64,000 nucleotides of DNA. Source: Yuukianura sp. NJ FZ-2021. Taxonomy: Eukaryota. The notes under the pieces are model-generated. The model did no database searches. It saw nothing but the letters and a program-made list of their open reading frames with translations, and had not been told where the DNA came from. The DNA is taken from positions 9,362,001 to 9,426,000 of the forward strand of contig CM102290.1 of the NCBI GenBank assembly GCA_046563655.1, written 5' to 3'. Below, piece after piece: positions 34,935-48,700 of this stretch; positions within the stretch are counted from its first letter, which is position 1, and every line of letters starts with the position of its first letter. The translations under genes and the position numbers were made by a program.

Positions 34935-37900
34935 TGTTCTCCCGGTCTTGTCAATCCAGAATCTGTCACGTAATAAATGTTCACCACCGATTCCGCCGGT
35001 TTTGACTGAATTGATGAAAATGATGAACTGGCCAAAACAAATCCGAATTCAAGATCAATTCTTGCAATTGTCAATGTACAAAAGCAATTTCAAAATATAG
35101 AAAGAGCAGAGAGAAAAAACACAACTTTACAAATATCGCGGGCGTGGGAAATGTTACGTGTTGAGACAAAATACGCGTCTGTGTCACCTTATCAAAACGA
35201 AAATACAACTACCTAAATATTTAATCAAAATAAGTCTTACAAATTAGTGTGTTTGGAATTGGTCCCTACAATTGCCTAAATTTCTACAAACTACTACAAA
35301 TTAGTTCTTGGTTAAATACTAATATCTAGCATATTTTTTTAATAATTGGTGAATGTAATCGTTCTATTTTTAAAACGAAAGCCACTTTCGAAACAAAATG
35401 TAACTTTTTGTTCTAAAATGGTAATGTAATTTTTTCATTTTTGATTCGCTAACTTTCAATTACTTCATGAGAAGTTAGCATAAAGGAGGGCTTCATGAAG
35501 ATAATGTTAACATGTAATCTACATAAGTTCGACCTATGGTAATGGATCGTGTTTGGAGCTAAGTACGCAGCGGTACTAGATATTTCCGAGGTACTATGAG
35601 GCCTCCCAAGGGTCTCCTTGTGTCCTGATTATCAATAGTTCATGCTTTACGTAATTTATACTTTGCCATTTGAAAACAAATTGGCTGTCATCAGTACACA
35701 CTGAATACCTGATACCTTAAGAACATTTTACCGAATGTTATTGATTGCTTAAGTCAAGTACTTCTTTACATGCTTGGATTTGTTAATTTACCACGAAGCT
35801 AGCAATAACATATGATTAGCTCATTTTGATTCCAGGAATACTCATTTTGTACACGTACATTTACGGCTGTCGTTGTACTTATAATGTACGGAGTGTACCT
35901 GTGATTACACGCAATACCAGGAAAATATTTTTGAATTACAGCACTTGACCTCAAAATTATACTTGACGCTTAAGGACTTCCCTGGATTTTCACGTAAGGA
36001 CGTTCCTGTCCTATTTCTCAATTTGAAACGCTCTCTAGAAGTGGTCTAAACTTGGAACGATTTGACACGGAACATTAGTTGATTGGCATAATGATGCATA
36101 CGTGAACCGTTGTTGAGTAATTTACCCCTTCTTAATTAATTTGTCATGTATGAGAACTAATACTGGGTTTCCAACTGCGAAACGAAGTCCTTGTGTTCCC
36201 AAGCCGAGTCTCCCTGCTGCTCTATTTGCATTGGACAGTTTCCCTATGAGGCAAAGACAATTGATTGTGCAATTTAGTTTAGTACTTTCGAATGATCTCT
36301 GAGGTGGGTTCTATTCAAGCGTAATGACACTTCTGTTAAATTGTGGACTAATTCACACTTTGATGCGTTAATTATCATGGGAATTAGTCTCGGAAGCAGA
36401 TAAAAGGAATGAGGAGGGTGGAAATCCATTTGGAAAAAGTTCATGGTGGGGCCCCACCGTGGGGCGGAAGCTTTCAGATTTCCAATTGGCTTGAAACTTC
36501 AACTTGAGATTCATCCTTCGAATTTGGGATTTTGATGGTAAATTTTAGAAGGCAAGATTTAGGAAAAGTGAAATTGGTTGATTTTTAATCCATTCGTGTC
36601 TGGATGTGACAATGTTATTTGCTGAATCAATGAAGCGATGACAATATGTGTCAATTTTCGGCAATTTCAATCGCAAAAACAGAATTCAATGACGTTAACC
36701 AAAGACATTATTTTCTGTTACGCCAAAATTATGCATTGCTCAAATTTCTAATTTCTGCAATAAATGGATATTTTCAAATACATTATCTAAGTATTAGTAG
36801 GCTTCGCAATAACCTCGAAACTACAACAGATACTTTGAAACTTCTCGATTGAAAAAAAAAGCCTTTTTTTCTATGTTTTGATGTTGATATTTCAGTTTTT
36901 GAACAAATTTTTTTTAATAGAAAGTACGCCTTATTCAATTCCTCTTTACTTTGACTTACTTAATGAAAGCATTTAAAGTGTCAAACGAGATCTCAAATTC
37001 AAATTTCTCGATATCAAAAAATAATTTTTTCTTCGGAGAAAATCTTTGATTTTTTTTACTTTAGTATAATGCTACATGCCATGCAGCACCGTTAGCTGAC
37101 AAAATTTTTCTTTCACTCGAGAGGCCTCCATTCCAATTTTTTCCGACCTTGACTTTTGACTAGAAAGTTCTTTGAAATGGAGCGAAGCCAGTTCTTGGAA
37201 TTGCAATTTTGGGTTATTAAAGAATGACTTTCATCCAACGACGTTTCAGAGTGTGGTTATCCACGTGCTTTGGAGCGTTCTACGACCAAAGTCTAATGAC
37301 CACAATCATTCCGGTGAATTATTTGTGTAATTGTCATGTTTTACTAAATCTCGTTCATGATCGTGATCCTGGCAATGTGCCCAAGGATCTTAATCTTTGC
37401 AACTAATCATCCTTTTGTAACTCCGTTTGTAATCAAATTAGCCATAAATAAACATTATGTCTTAACACATCCCTAGGTTAACAGATCCTACTGGCATTGG
37501 CCCTAATTTTTACTAAAATTTTTTACTAAAGTTATCATTTTACCTAAATTTGCAAGTACTCGTGCTTAAGCCAAACTTAAAACCTTCCATTTCACATAGT
37601 TGGAGTAATATTTACAAATAAATTTTGGATCTTAACTAAAGAAAACTGTCAAAGGTGAAGGCACAGTGACATTTGGGACTGCAGGATATGAAGGCGGGGT
37701 CACATGTCGCCAAAGGAAACGTCAGAATGAGCAGTTTGATTTTAGTTTTTTTGTCAGAACGGGTCAGAGGTCACGGCTGGATGGTTGTCAAGCACCGCTA
37801 AGGACGCAGTGGAACGAGTCCAACGAAACCATCATTTTGGCTCCTTTTATTTTTATTGTTTGACACTCCCCCTCCCCCTAATTCTGCAATTCTTTGCCAC

Positions 37901-38416
37901 TTTAGTCGAGTTTTACCACCACTACAACCCTACAAACCAACGCTTAAAACCACTACAAAACTGTTTCCATTTTGTTAAGGAATTCTGTGGTATTTGTATT
38001 ACAAGATCCTTAGATCCTCCTCTAATGTCGATTCATCCCTCCACTATACATCAGTCAACATAACACGCTAGTCGCCAACTTTTCACTTTTCGTAATCAAT
38101 ACGGAAGATTTAAAAAAAAACGTTAAATACCAAATATCAAATATTTTCCTTGGGAAGGTTCAGAGCAGGGAAGGTTGTCTTGTGTGTCACACGAGGAGTA
38201 ATTGTCTGTTGAAGTTAACGCTTCAAAGTGGACAGAGTTCCAGTCGCTAAGCGGCAGTCTGTGACCAAAGGTGACCCGGTTTAGAACACAGTTTTAGAAA
38301 GCGGAACAATCCGTTTTTGCTTGTGCTTCATACTGCAGAGGTGGCGTCCTCTTCGAAGAGTGCATGCAGTAAAAGTGCTTTCGGCTTCTGTAGCCTCATT
38401 AATCTTCATCAACGCC

Positions 38417-41400
38417 ATGAATTACCAAATTGTAAGTAAAAATCAAGTTTAATGTTTAACAACTATAAATAACTTTCAGAAATTTTTAATTCTGAAGGAA
38501 ACAAAAAGATTTAACGCGCCTTTGCTGAAAGCGTCTCTAAAAATGAAACGGAAAAAAGGGCGTACAAATTGCTTTTTTTCGCTTGACAACACTAACTTTC
38601 ACTTGATATTGGGCAATGGAAAACATTAGGTTGACAAAACCACTGTGCTATAGGGAGTCAAAGGTTACAAATATTTATAACTTAGGGTAATTAATTAACA
38701 GTTTTTTTTTGTAGTTGGTTTGATGACTAGGTCACTTTTCCTTTAATTTTTAAGCTCAACACTAAAAAATAATCTTGAAGAATGATATCCCAAGAGTCAT
38801 TAAAGATGCATTTTGGCTTGGGAATTGGAGCGGTTGAAAAATTTAAATAGTCTTGGTAGCGTGACATTTTGTGTCAATGACATTTACATTAACAGTTGAA
38901 ATTGCAAATGTTACCCCAAAAAGTTACAGAAGAGTCAGTCTTTACGATTGCAGCTACTATTTCTAATTTCTGAATTTTACTGTTGTAGGATTACTCTCGA
39001 TTTCATTGAAGAATGACTCGTCACCTCTTTGTTGTATTCTTACCTTGAGAATTTCTTGACAATTATTTTTAATTCGTAAAATAACCTCATTACAGGGAGG
39101 AGGACACTCACTTTTCCTTTCAAATTTTATAATTTTTACTTTATTTAAAATAACTTTTGTGACAGGAACATTTTTATACTTGTGGTTTTTTTGGGGGAGT
39201 TTTTTGCATGTCACACTTCAATTGTGCTAAAAGAAGCCCTCTTTTTGCAACAAACAAATTTCCAAACAAAAAGAAAACTTATTTCCTTGCGCAAAGGCCT
39301 TTAAAATCAGGTTAAACATGAAAACAACAAGTTCGTCTTCTCTTTTTGCGTGCAAAATTCTAAAAAGTTTACAATAGCTTAACAAAAATGATACTGTTTG
39401 AAGTTTGTTCAAGTGCAAACTATTGTTGACAAGACTGACGTCGCATGTCATGCCAGACGTGGCGCATAAAATAATAAGAATAACAAAGTTTGGATGTTAT
39501 GTAATGTTGAAATTGGTTTTTCTTTAAATCAATTTGTTCTCAGCATGGTTTTCATTGTTTTGTTGCAAAATTGCGAATATTGTTGAGGTTTACGCAGTAG
39601 AAAACAAAGTCATTCAATTCCAATGGTCAATTTGTGGTGATGTGGTTTTTTGGACGTTGGAAACATCAAAGCCGCCGGCGTTGGCGTCATCAACTGTAAA
39701 TTTTGTAAACGCAGAAAAATCTTGCAAGATTTGAAGCGTTTTCCTGTGCGTTTAAGGCCTCCGACCAGAATTCCCTTATTTGTCATTAGACGTGTAGTTC
39801 TGCATCAACCTTCAACTTTGTAAAATAGAACGGAGAAGAGGGTGTGTACAGTACTAATTAATTAACACTGAAATGTTGAATTAAAATTTGAAACAATGGA
39901 GGCGGCGTTTACAAATTACGACATGCATTGAGTGGGCGAAATTAGCCAAGTTAGGGTCAGGACGAGCAGGTTTAAAGTTCACAAGGTGGTGAAATACAGC
40001 TTTAATTGTGGTATAACAAGTCAAATTTACAAAAATCTGTTGACTACTAGCAAAATTTCGTTGTTGTTTTTTTTTGTATTTTTGTTTTTGTTGGACCTTA
40101 ATGATTGAAGAAACATGCTTCCTGGAGAAAAAAAAGTCTTGAACATCAAATTGTGGTAGTGTTACGTCAAGCGGCGATTCTGCTGGAATACTTCCAACAT
40201 GTTTACATACGCGGCATTTCCTCAAGTAGCTGTTCAGCATATCCAAAGAGTCATTTTAACACCAAAATTTCCTAGATAGATTGCAATCGATACGCTGAAC
40301 ACAAAGTAGAAATTCGTTTAACTTGGAAATGTGACAAAAAACTGACTAAATTTTAATTCACCTAAAAAAAACAAGCAGCATAAAAATTAATAATCACCTA
40401 AGAAATCCTTTTCAAAAACGAAGTAAAACATGAACAAATGACGTTTCATTCTTTGCTAAAGTGAGTTTTGAATAGAATCTGATAGACAAATTGATGGTTA
40501 ATTTGTGAAATTGGTTATGTTTTGGAAGATGTTCCCAGCGTACTTTCACTGTTTCACTGTAATTTCGTGTGTGAAAATTCAAGTTGACAAGCGTCCCTAA
40601 GTGGACAAAGTACTTTTCGTGAAATGATGCATTTATGATAAGTTGACATTTAATGCTTAAGGGGGATGATGCAAGAGATCGCCTTTCCGCCATGCCAATC
40701 CTAGTGGAACCACATAACCTTACTTCGTAGTTTTCATTTTTCCAATTTACCACCATCTCCTTAAGTCAACAACGTCGAAACGCCGCTGTCCAACGTCCAA
40801 CTTAAGTTGGAAAGTGACCTTAAAACTTAAAGGGGGTGGCCAGTAATCGCTTTCTTCGCTGCCAAATGACTGACTTTAACTAGTTGGCAAAAGTAATGAA
40901 CTTTTGCTAATTGTGAAAATGTGAGATCTTCAGCTGCAATTTTTTTTCAAAAACTTTTAGATTTTGAAGAGATGAAACCAAAATCAAATATTTATAGTTT
41001 CGAATCCAACGTTCCATTGCTTGTAGCATCATCCAAAGACTTGTTGTTTGAAAATTCTTTTTTTTAATAGAATTTGTTTGAATCTCTGAAACTTCTAGGG
41101 CCTACTCTTCATATGGATAGGATTTTTCATAGGTTGTTCGACTGCCGCGCCGCTCGTCTCCGCTGTCCATGTCCGATTCATTAGTGGTAACCAGGCGACA
41201 CAGTATGGCCATGGGTCATTGGCCGATGGAACTGCACTGCACTACAACACTGTCGACATTGGTAAGAATATGTTCACAATTCCATGGCCCTAAACATACC
41301 GAGATGAAAGTAGACAAAAAATCAAAAGTTTTCAAAAAAGCGACAATTATATCGGCTGCCGGAATTAAGTTATACCAGAAAGTGTTGGCAGAGTAAGCCA

Positions 41401-43233
41401 AACTAACCATCTACTAACCTAATTATTGCCAGCATTCAAAAACCTTGTTTCAAATACTTCCGGCATGAAAAATACTCGTTGAAAATTGGCGTAAATTTAC
41501 AAACCGCGCCTACTAAAACATTTTACAAACCTACTTGCCCTAGCAATCATAGCTCCTAAATTCCATTTGCTCAACGTAATTCATCAATCACGACGACAAT
41601 TAAGGTGACACTGACACGACAAGGAACTGTAAATTTCGCAAACAATTTTTGCAATTTGCTAAAAAAAACGTTACTACGTGCTGGTACAAGGCTCACAAAA
41701 CTGAAAATCAAAAAATATGTCTTCAACCACTAAATTTACCACACAATTACATACTTGCGCAGTACGATATTACACTTGACTTCCGACTTTCATCTGTACA
41801 GGCTCTAGAGACCATCAAATCCAAAGACGAAGTGTCACGACTTTACCAACGCCCACAAGGTTAACTTCACCATTGACCCCAACTGAACAGACGCAACAAC
41901 TTGGCGACAAGGAAACTGTCGCTGCAAGTTCCTTGATCAGCATTGTTCCTGCGACGGTTATAGAAGTTCATGACTCTCCAATGACGCTTGACAGACACAA
42001 TCGAAGGCCCAAGGCACCCCCAAAAGGACCAGCCATCAAACGAAGTCCCCAGAGTCGCACTTTCGGATTTTTCCCTGACTTTGGTAATTATGGTAAGACA
42101 CGTTGACATTTTTCGTCATATCACGCTTAGTAGACAGCACTGCACCAACGCTTTGACATAGTAAGACATCTAGTGTATCCCTCCTCCGAGTTGCATGACA
42201 ACTGACCTTCACTAATTTCAACAAATTGCAATTCACCTATGATAGGATTAGAGCCAGCATCACTGACGCAGTATCAGCAGTGAACATGACAGCGGCATGA
42301 ACTCACAGCATAATGCCAAAAACATTGGCCGTTTTGTGCTTTTTTGACCTAAGGTTGTGCAATTGCAGTTTCTATTGAAAGCCACGCCCTTGAGAACGTC
42401 CCTTGATTTAAAACGGAAACGATATGAAGCCAATTTCTAAAGGTTGTATTGTCAACCCTTAAGGGATTTCAGAAACCATGTTTCCTTATCCTTCCCAATC
42501 CATTCATGCTTTGCCAAATTCACAGATTCCGCAATTCGAAACACAATTTACCTTCATTTCTTAGGATTTCGTGACTTTGGAATAACAATGAAGTTTTTTT
42601 ACGCTATTATGTAGGAGTCCATCCACATTTAGTTAAGTAGATTCTATATTTAGAATTTGAAGCACTCTAAAAACCAAGCACACAGACAGATCGGATGGAT
42701 CCTACAAAGTATAGCCTTCTAACATAAGTCTAAAATGTTTGAATGGTCCTTCCATTTTTTCACTGGCAATACGATCAGTGAAGTAGCCAATTATTTGAAC
42801 CGGTTTGAATCCTCTGGTTGAGTTGAACTCATTTTGAAATGCACCTTGAATTGGATATTTTAGGCAGCGATTTTCGCCCATTTCGAGGACGACCAAGAGC
42901 GCAGAAGTTGGTGAACGCCGAATCCTTAGCCCCCGATGGACTTTTCCTGCCTCCGATTCCTACTTCGGTAATATCTCAAAAGCAAAAAGAACAACTAAAG
43001 TTTTTACTAATGAAAGTTTGTTATTCCAGGCTTCAAATCATTTGGAAGAGGATACCTACGTTGCGGACGCTGAGAGTGCCAAGTATGCTGCCCAGCATCC
43101 ACCATACTTCCATGAATTTCCGCATAAACGAGCAGTGTTGTACCTCAATGAAGACAGAGAGGAAAATGGACTTGAACCGAACATCCTCAGAAGCATTCGG
43201 CCATTCTTCCCATTCTTCGAAATTAATAAATAA
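38417..43233 (+). CDS. Unrecognised secreted protein / candidate peptide-hormone precursor, 258 aa; exons 38417-38431, 41099-41261, 41802-42092 (alternative donor after 42083), 42864-42967, 43030-43233
   Basis: GCCATG start, all GT-AG junctions, and a 777-nt exon sum in one frame. Signal peptide MNYQIGLLFIWIGFFIGCSTA. Basic sites QRR|SV, IKR|SP, FRGR and HKR|AV. Confidence 0.7.
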
Positions 43234-43789
43234 AACCAATCGAAGCCAAAAGGACACCAGAACGACTAACATAATCTAAAATAATATTAACAACTGAAGA
43301 TACATTAAAGAAAATCGGAGTAAAAGTAACTTTTTACATTAGTAAGCGTATAACTAAAACGTAAGTTGAACGTTATTAAGTAAAATCATTCGTTAAGCTA
43401 TGTGTTCCGGTTCCGGAGCTTTAGTATTAAACAATGATTTAAACTATAAACAATTAGTATGAAGAGAAGAGCAGAAATTAGAAGCAGAGTTAAGATTTGT
43501 ACGGTTATAGGATTGATCAAATCTAAAACGAAGTGAAAGTAAATGCGGTAAGCGTTGGGAGACTTATCTCCAATTACTTTTATATGGACTTATTTCGTTT
43601 TAATTCGTAAAAAAATACAAAGTTTTGTAATTTCCACAAATGCGTTAAAAAATTACTGTGTTTTGAATTAAGAGATTGTAAGTTATAAGTAGATGATAAT
43701 TAATATCGACAGAAATAGAAATAAGGCTGCATTAATCGTTTAGGACAAATTATAAACAGACTACACGGTAAGTAGCCCGTAAACTTGGA

Positions 43790-44502
43790 TCAAGATACAG
43801 TCAGAAACTGATAAAATGAAGCTATCAAACCTGCCAATAAGGTAAACGCGAAAAACCGAAACGACGGAGCTGAATTACAAAGGTCACCGCGGCAGACGCA
43901 AAGCAGAGATATTTTATTGTTGATTCTTAGTTCGGCACATCGTTCTTCTCCGTCTGGTGGAGCTTGAGTCAAACAAGTACGTTCCGATGCAGTTCCATAA
44001 TCTGCTTAAAATAAACGAACACGGTTTAACATTTTGGCCAGTTAAAAATCAAACCCTATTGTACTAGAAAAACCCCTTTTGCAATAAAATTGACTTTTAC
44101 CGTCCGCAGGACCTCTGACACCTTCAATTGTCTTGCCACACCATCCCGATGGACATGGAACGACTTTAATCCCGACAGGTCGACTACCGCTGGTTCCATT
44201 GTACGGAAAAGGATTTCGACAATCGCCAAGGTCTCCCCGTGACCTACAAGTAAAACATTGACGACGGGCTGCACCTGAAAATGAAATACAGCAATACGTA
44301 TTGAATAAGTATTAAATTGGCTTGCCTCATGTAATTGAATTGTCCGTATGACAGGGAACAGGAAGCATACGATCTCTTCCGGTTCCGGTATGTCTTAACA
44401 AGTTACAGACTGTTTTATAATAATGAAATCGAATAGGTGCTTACCACAGTATTGAAATAATATAATGGTAAAAATGTAGAAGATGCTGCTACCAGAAACC
44501 AT
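43790..44502 (-). CDS. rtv: Retroactive (Ly6/uPAR three-finger, GPI-anchored, cuticle chitin organisation), 147 aa; exons 44502-44445, 44274-44101, 44001-43790
   Basis: Signal peptide followed by RRQCFTCRSRGDLGDCRNPF..PCPSGWCGKTIEG..DDYG..RTC..PDGEERCA..CVCRGDLCN and a hydrophobic tail. This matches recalled Drosophila Rtv RRCYQCRSRGELGSCKDPF..PCASGWCGKVIEG..CFCQGDLCN. Confidence 0.88.
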
Positions 44503-44779
44503 TTCAAATTGACCGACCTCAGGTCAACATTCGTTGTCTCTGCTGAATTCGAACTTTCAGTTTACAGCTGTTCAACAATGAATGAGTTTACAACAATGCA
44601 GAGGTAGAAGGGGAAATGAGGATTTTCTTGATCACTCACCACAAACAATCAATGCAGTGTAGTGGAGAGGATCAGAAGCGAAAGAGTTTATTTATTACTT
44701 CGCATTCAAAAGTTAGTTTTACTAAATTTAATTGAGAAGAAGCAGCGTAATCAAATGAATTATAATATTAGTAATCAAC

Positions 44780-45239
44780 TAGGGATGCCCCGAATATTCG
44801 GTGGCCGAATAATTATTCGGCTAATATTGGAAATTTTTAATATTCGGCGTATTCGGCCTCCGAGAAATCTGGCCGAATTATCTGGCCAGATATTAGGCCG
44901 AATAATTTTGCCTATTTACGCGGGAAATTTCACTGATTTTATCTGAAAAGGAGCCTTAACAACCCTGTTTTTTATCCAGAAACGATGAAAAAGTATTAGC
45001 GGACTGAATTATGTCATGCTTAAACAAATTATGCTGTTTATACATTGTTGTTGATTCTCCTGTGAGCGTCTTACTCAAATTTCTGCTCAGAAGTGTCAGC
45101 ATTTCTCTATTTTACCACCTTTCTACACCGTATTTTATTCGGCCGAATATTCGGCCTAATATTCGGCTTCGGCGAATATTTTTTTTGAAATTATTCGGCT
45201 ATTCGGTATTCGGCCATTTCAATATTCGGGGCATCCCTA
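44780..45239. mobile_element. hAT-superfamily MITE, 460 bp
   Basis: Perfect 19-bp TIR TAGGGATGCCCCGAATATT / AATATTCGGGGCATCCCTA. 8-bp TSD TAATCAAC at 44772-44779 and 45240-45247. Many subterminal CCGAATA/TATTCGG repeats; no transposase. Confidence 0.93.
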
Positions 45240-45742
45240 TAATCAACATTATATTAGTAATTTCAATTTCCAATTTCTGGAATAATTTCGTCATTGGAAT
45301 CCAACTTGAAAAATGGTAGCCGATGCAAAAAGGAAACCCGCCCGCGGGAATCTGCCAGTTCAATTTCCCTTCTGTTTTCTTTTCTGTAATTTCTTGTCAT
45401 TCGAGATTTTGGACGTTTCTTCACTTTCATTTCATTCGTGTCATGAGACACATGAGGTGACTTAGTTGACGAGACGCTTACGTTTTGGTCTTTACATCCA
45501 TCCTAATCCTAACATTCGGCATTAACAGCGAGAGCGACAAACGTAGATATCAAAGTTAAGTACGTTACACGACGTTTGCTTCAAAGTAATTACTAATCTT
45601 AAAAGTTAGTACTACTATTACTGAAATTGGTGTACATTTATCCTATCGTCGAGTATTGTTCCGTAGAGTTAGGTAATTGACGATTCGAGCATTTATAACA
45701 ACTTCTTATTTCAGGGTGGTTGGTGGAGCTTATGTAAGGAGG

Positions 45743-48700
45743 ATGAAGGGCGCTATCAGTAAAAGAAGGCACAGGCCGTCGGAAAATACGGAATATTCGT
45801 CGCAAGACCATATTTTACACTCGACAGCTATCAACGACAATGTTGCTGCTTTTGATCCTTACGAGGAGAACAGTCCAGTTATGATTTCAGCTCCTAGTGG
45901 TTACCCCTATTTTACAAGCGTACTACAGCAACAGGGTTTCTTCGTTGTTAAACCCAGAAATCATCTTCGTAAGTCAAATCCCTACTTACTTCGCTGTATT
46001 GTCGTATTCTCACAGCCGAATAAACGTCATACTTCGTTAACTCAATTTTTTTTCTCAACTTGTAGAGGTTGATCAGCGCGTGTTTCGACAAGCTTTAGGC
46101 CGATTTTTGCAAACCGCAAAAACCCAAGACCGGCTAAAGTTCCTTCGTGAACTGGAGGGATTTTTATCTGTGCCTGACAACCTCCAACATTCTATGACCC
46201 CAACACTCGTAAGCATATTTTATACCATAACGTTGAAAGTAATCTTGCACTCACCTCTCAGTGTAGGGTAAGTCTGATCCTTGATTTTCTAATAGTAAGC
46301 TATGTTTTGGATTTCAGCATCCAGATGAAGTGCTGCAAGAAAGTCTTCTACACAGCATTCTCAACATTCCCGAGTTACGTAAGGCAGCCATGGATGTCTT
46401 GTTTCCTGCCATCATGGATGCATCTTGTACCGCCTCGTAAGTACAACTGGATAATACTTCCCAGTACGAATTGTCTACTTTTCTGAACAATTCCTGCTTT
46501 CTTTTGCATTGTACAGAAGCCCGGATGATATTGATAACTTAGAGAACATGCTTGGACAGTTGAGGTGGATTGAATATCCGAACGTGGAATCTTGCATTAG
46601 TTTCCTAATTGGAACAATCGAAGGCGCTACTAACAAAGCAAAACTGATCATATTTAAGTTCCTGCCGGATATTATTCCTGACTCTCATCACTCCGAATTG
46701 CTGCCAACCTTGAAGTAAGTAGTCTGCTGATATGTTGGAGCTCCCTGTTTAGTTCTAACTTCACTTTTTATTAATAATAATATACATAATGTATACGTGT
46801 GTGTAATTAATTTAGAGACTTGTTAGCGACTGCTGACTCTCCCATTGTCTCTGCTATCATGGAATGTTTGTCCAGTTTGGATATCTCTACTAGTGACTGG
46901 GCCGACAATCAGAATTTTGCAATTACACAGCTTCTGAACGCTTCACTTCAGGACTTTCCAGCGTATTTTTCTTTTCTCTTTAAGACTGAAGATAATTCCA
47001 GACTTGCTGAGGTAAGAACGCCTTACTATTCTTTTCAGTGCTTATAATTTGACTTTTACCTGAGATACATTGTAGTAATTATGTATTTGCAGATAATCAC
47101 TGAATTGCGGGCAAACTTGGATTTAGTTCCTCTAGGTGGGGATCGTCAGGAAAATGAGCTTTCTATGGTGCGAATTGTAGAAAAAATACGTTTTTGTATA
47201 TCAATAAACTCAAAACTGGTTCCGGTGTGGATAACGGTAAAAAAAGAATTGTTTCTGTGTAATAATTAAGGGTTAAAGGTAAAAGAATTAGTTAATATTC
47301 GTCGATAAAATTGTTTTAAATTACAGCAAATTACACAGGATTTGGATGAAGGCGAGGAAAATCGAGTGAAACCCCTCGACTTAACAATGATTTTAATCTT
47401 CATTGATTCCTTTAAAGAGGCTTCAACACTTTTGCGACGGATTTGTGCCAACGAGAAATTAACTATCAAATTATTGGACTACATAATTGCTCATAACTTA
47501 CCGGTGAGTTCTCTCAGTGATTTTATTTATGTTATGGGTTGGCATGTATGAATGATTTTTATAAATTCATCCAGCATGAATTAAGTATTCGATGATTTAA
47601 TTCCTGTTGCTAGATCCTGAGTCAAGTTCTGAAGACGTTTCTACAGTTTTGTGATTCTGTTCTATGGAATGCCAAGGAGGTAAAGGCTCACAGTGGAATG
47701 AAGCAAATACTCGTGTAAGTCTGCTAAATTCTATTTTCTCTAAATATATTACTAAAACCGCCATGCTACCATGCTAAATACATCGAAAATTGTTTTCAGA
47801 CAACTATTCATATCTCTGAGCCCAACGGAAATTCAGGATATTGGATATAACCTTATCTGCGTCCTCACACACGGAGATATGAATGCTCGTACCACTGCAC
47901 TGGAGATATTTTCCAAAATTACTTTATTGCAGCCAACTAAGCTTTTGCCATTTGTCCAACATTTGATGGTAAATTAAGCTAAATTATTTAGCCACCCAAC
48001 CTTGTTTAACTTCTTTCTTCTCTTTATTCAGGATGTGCTTGAAGGGAATAAGTCATTGTCAACTCATCAAGTTCGTACGCTTATGCATATTTTAGCAAGT
48101 TTGGCTCATGTGCCTGAGTCACCGGAATCGGAGAAATTCGGACATCAGTATACGATTTTATTACGAAAATATCTCACACATTCCAGAAACTCTGACAGGT
48201 AATGCTTCGCGTCTACTAGATGCATCTACTAAATAGACCTATTCACTTTTAGATAAAAACACTTGCGAGCTGACGATACGTTTTTTTTTGGTTAGATGCC
48301 TCGGAGTCGTTGGATCGTTAGCAAGTATTCATCACTTAGCGACCAGGGGAAATACAACGGGTGATGAAGATAGAATCCGAGAGCTTCTACATTTGGCATG
48401 GTCCTACGTCCAACGGGAAGACGATTCTTGTTGCCTTTTCTTTGATGAGTTCTCTGGTATTGCAAAAGAGTTACCGAGAGATATAATAGTTGAATTTCAA
48501 GAACTAATGTCAAGTTGCTTCATGGTAAGCCTAAGTTTTACACATGATCTTGATCTATAATCGAGTTTGTTGTTAATTCTTTTTGTCTACTTTTTCAAGG
48601 ATTCCTGGAGTGTTCCGGGGAAGGATGTTCTAGAAAAACTTCAGAATCGGCAACCCTTGACATTGAAGGAACAATTTCTCCCTGGTCATAATGCGAAGGA

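Noticed and set aside
42565..42613. Intronic AG|GATTTCGTGACTTTGG echoing the GFFPDFG motif, a possible extra exon of the orphan precursor
   Set aside because: There is no phase-compatible donor and the frame reaches TAG quickly; it cannot be supported without transcripts.
44371..44409. Possible 39-nt in-frame cassette exon in rtv intron 1
   Set aside because: It would need a ~35-nt upstream intron, shorter than any other seen here, and the gene is complete without it.
44662..45319. ORFs of 94 and 102 aa over the MITE, considered as a transposase remnant
   Set aside because: They are translations of subterminal repeats (IRPNIRPNIR) with no hAT transposase motifs.
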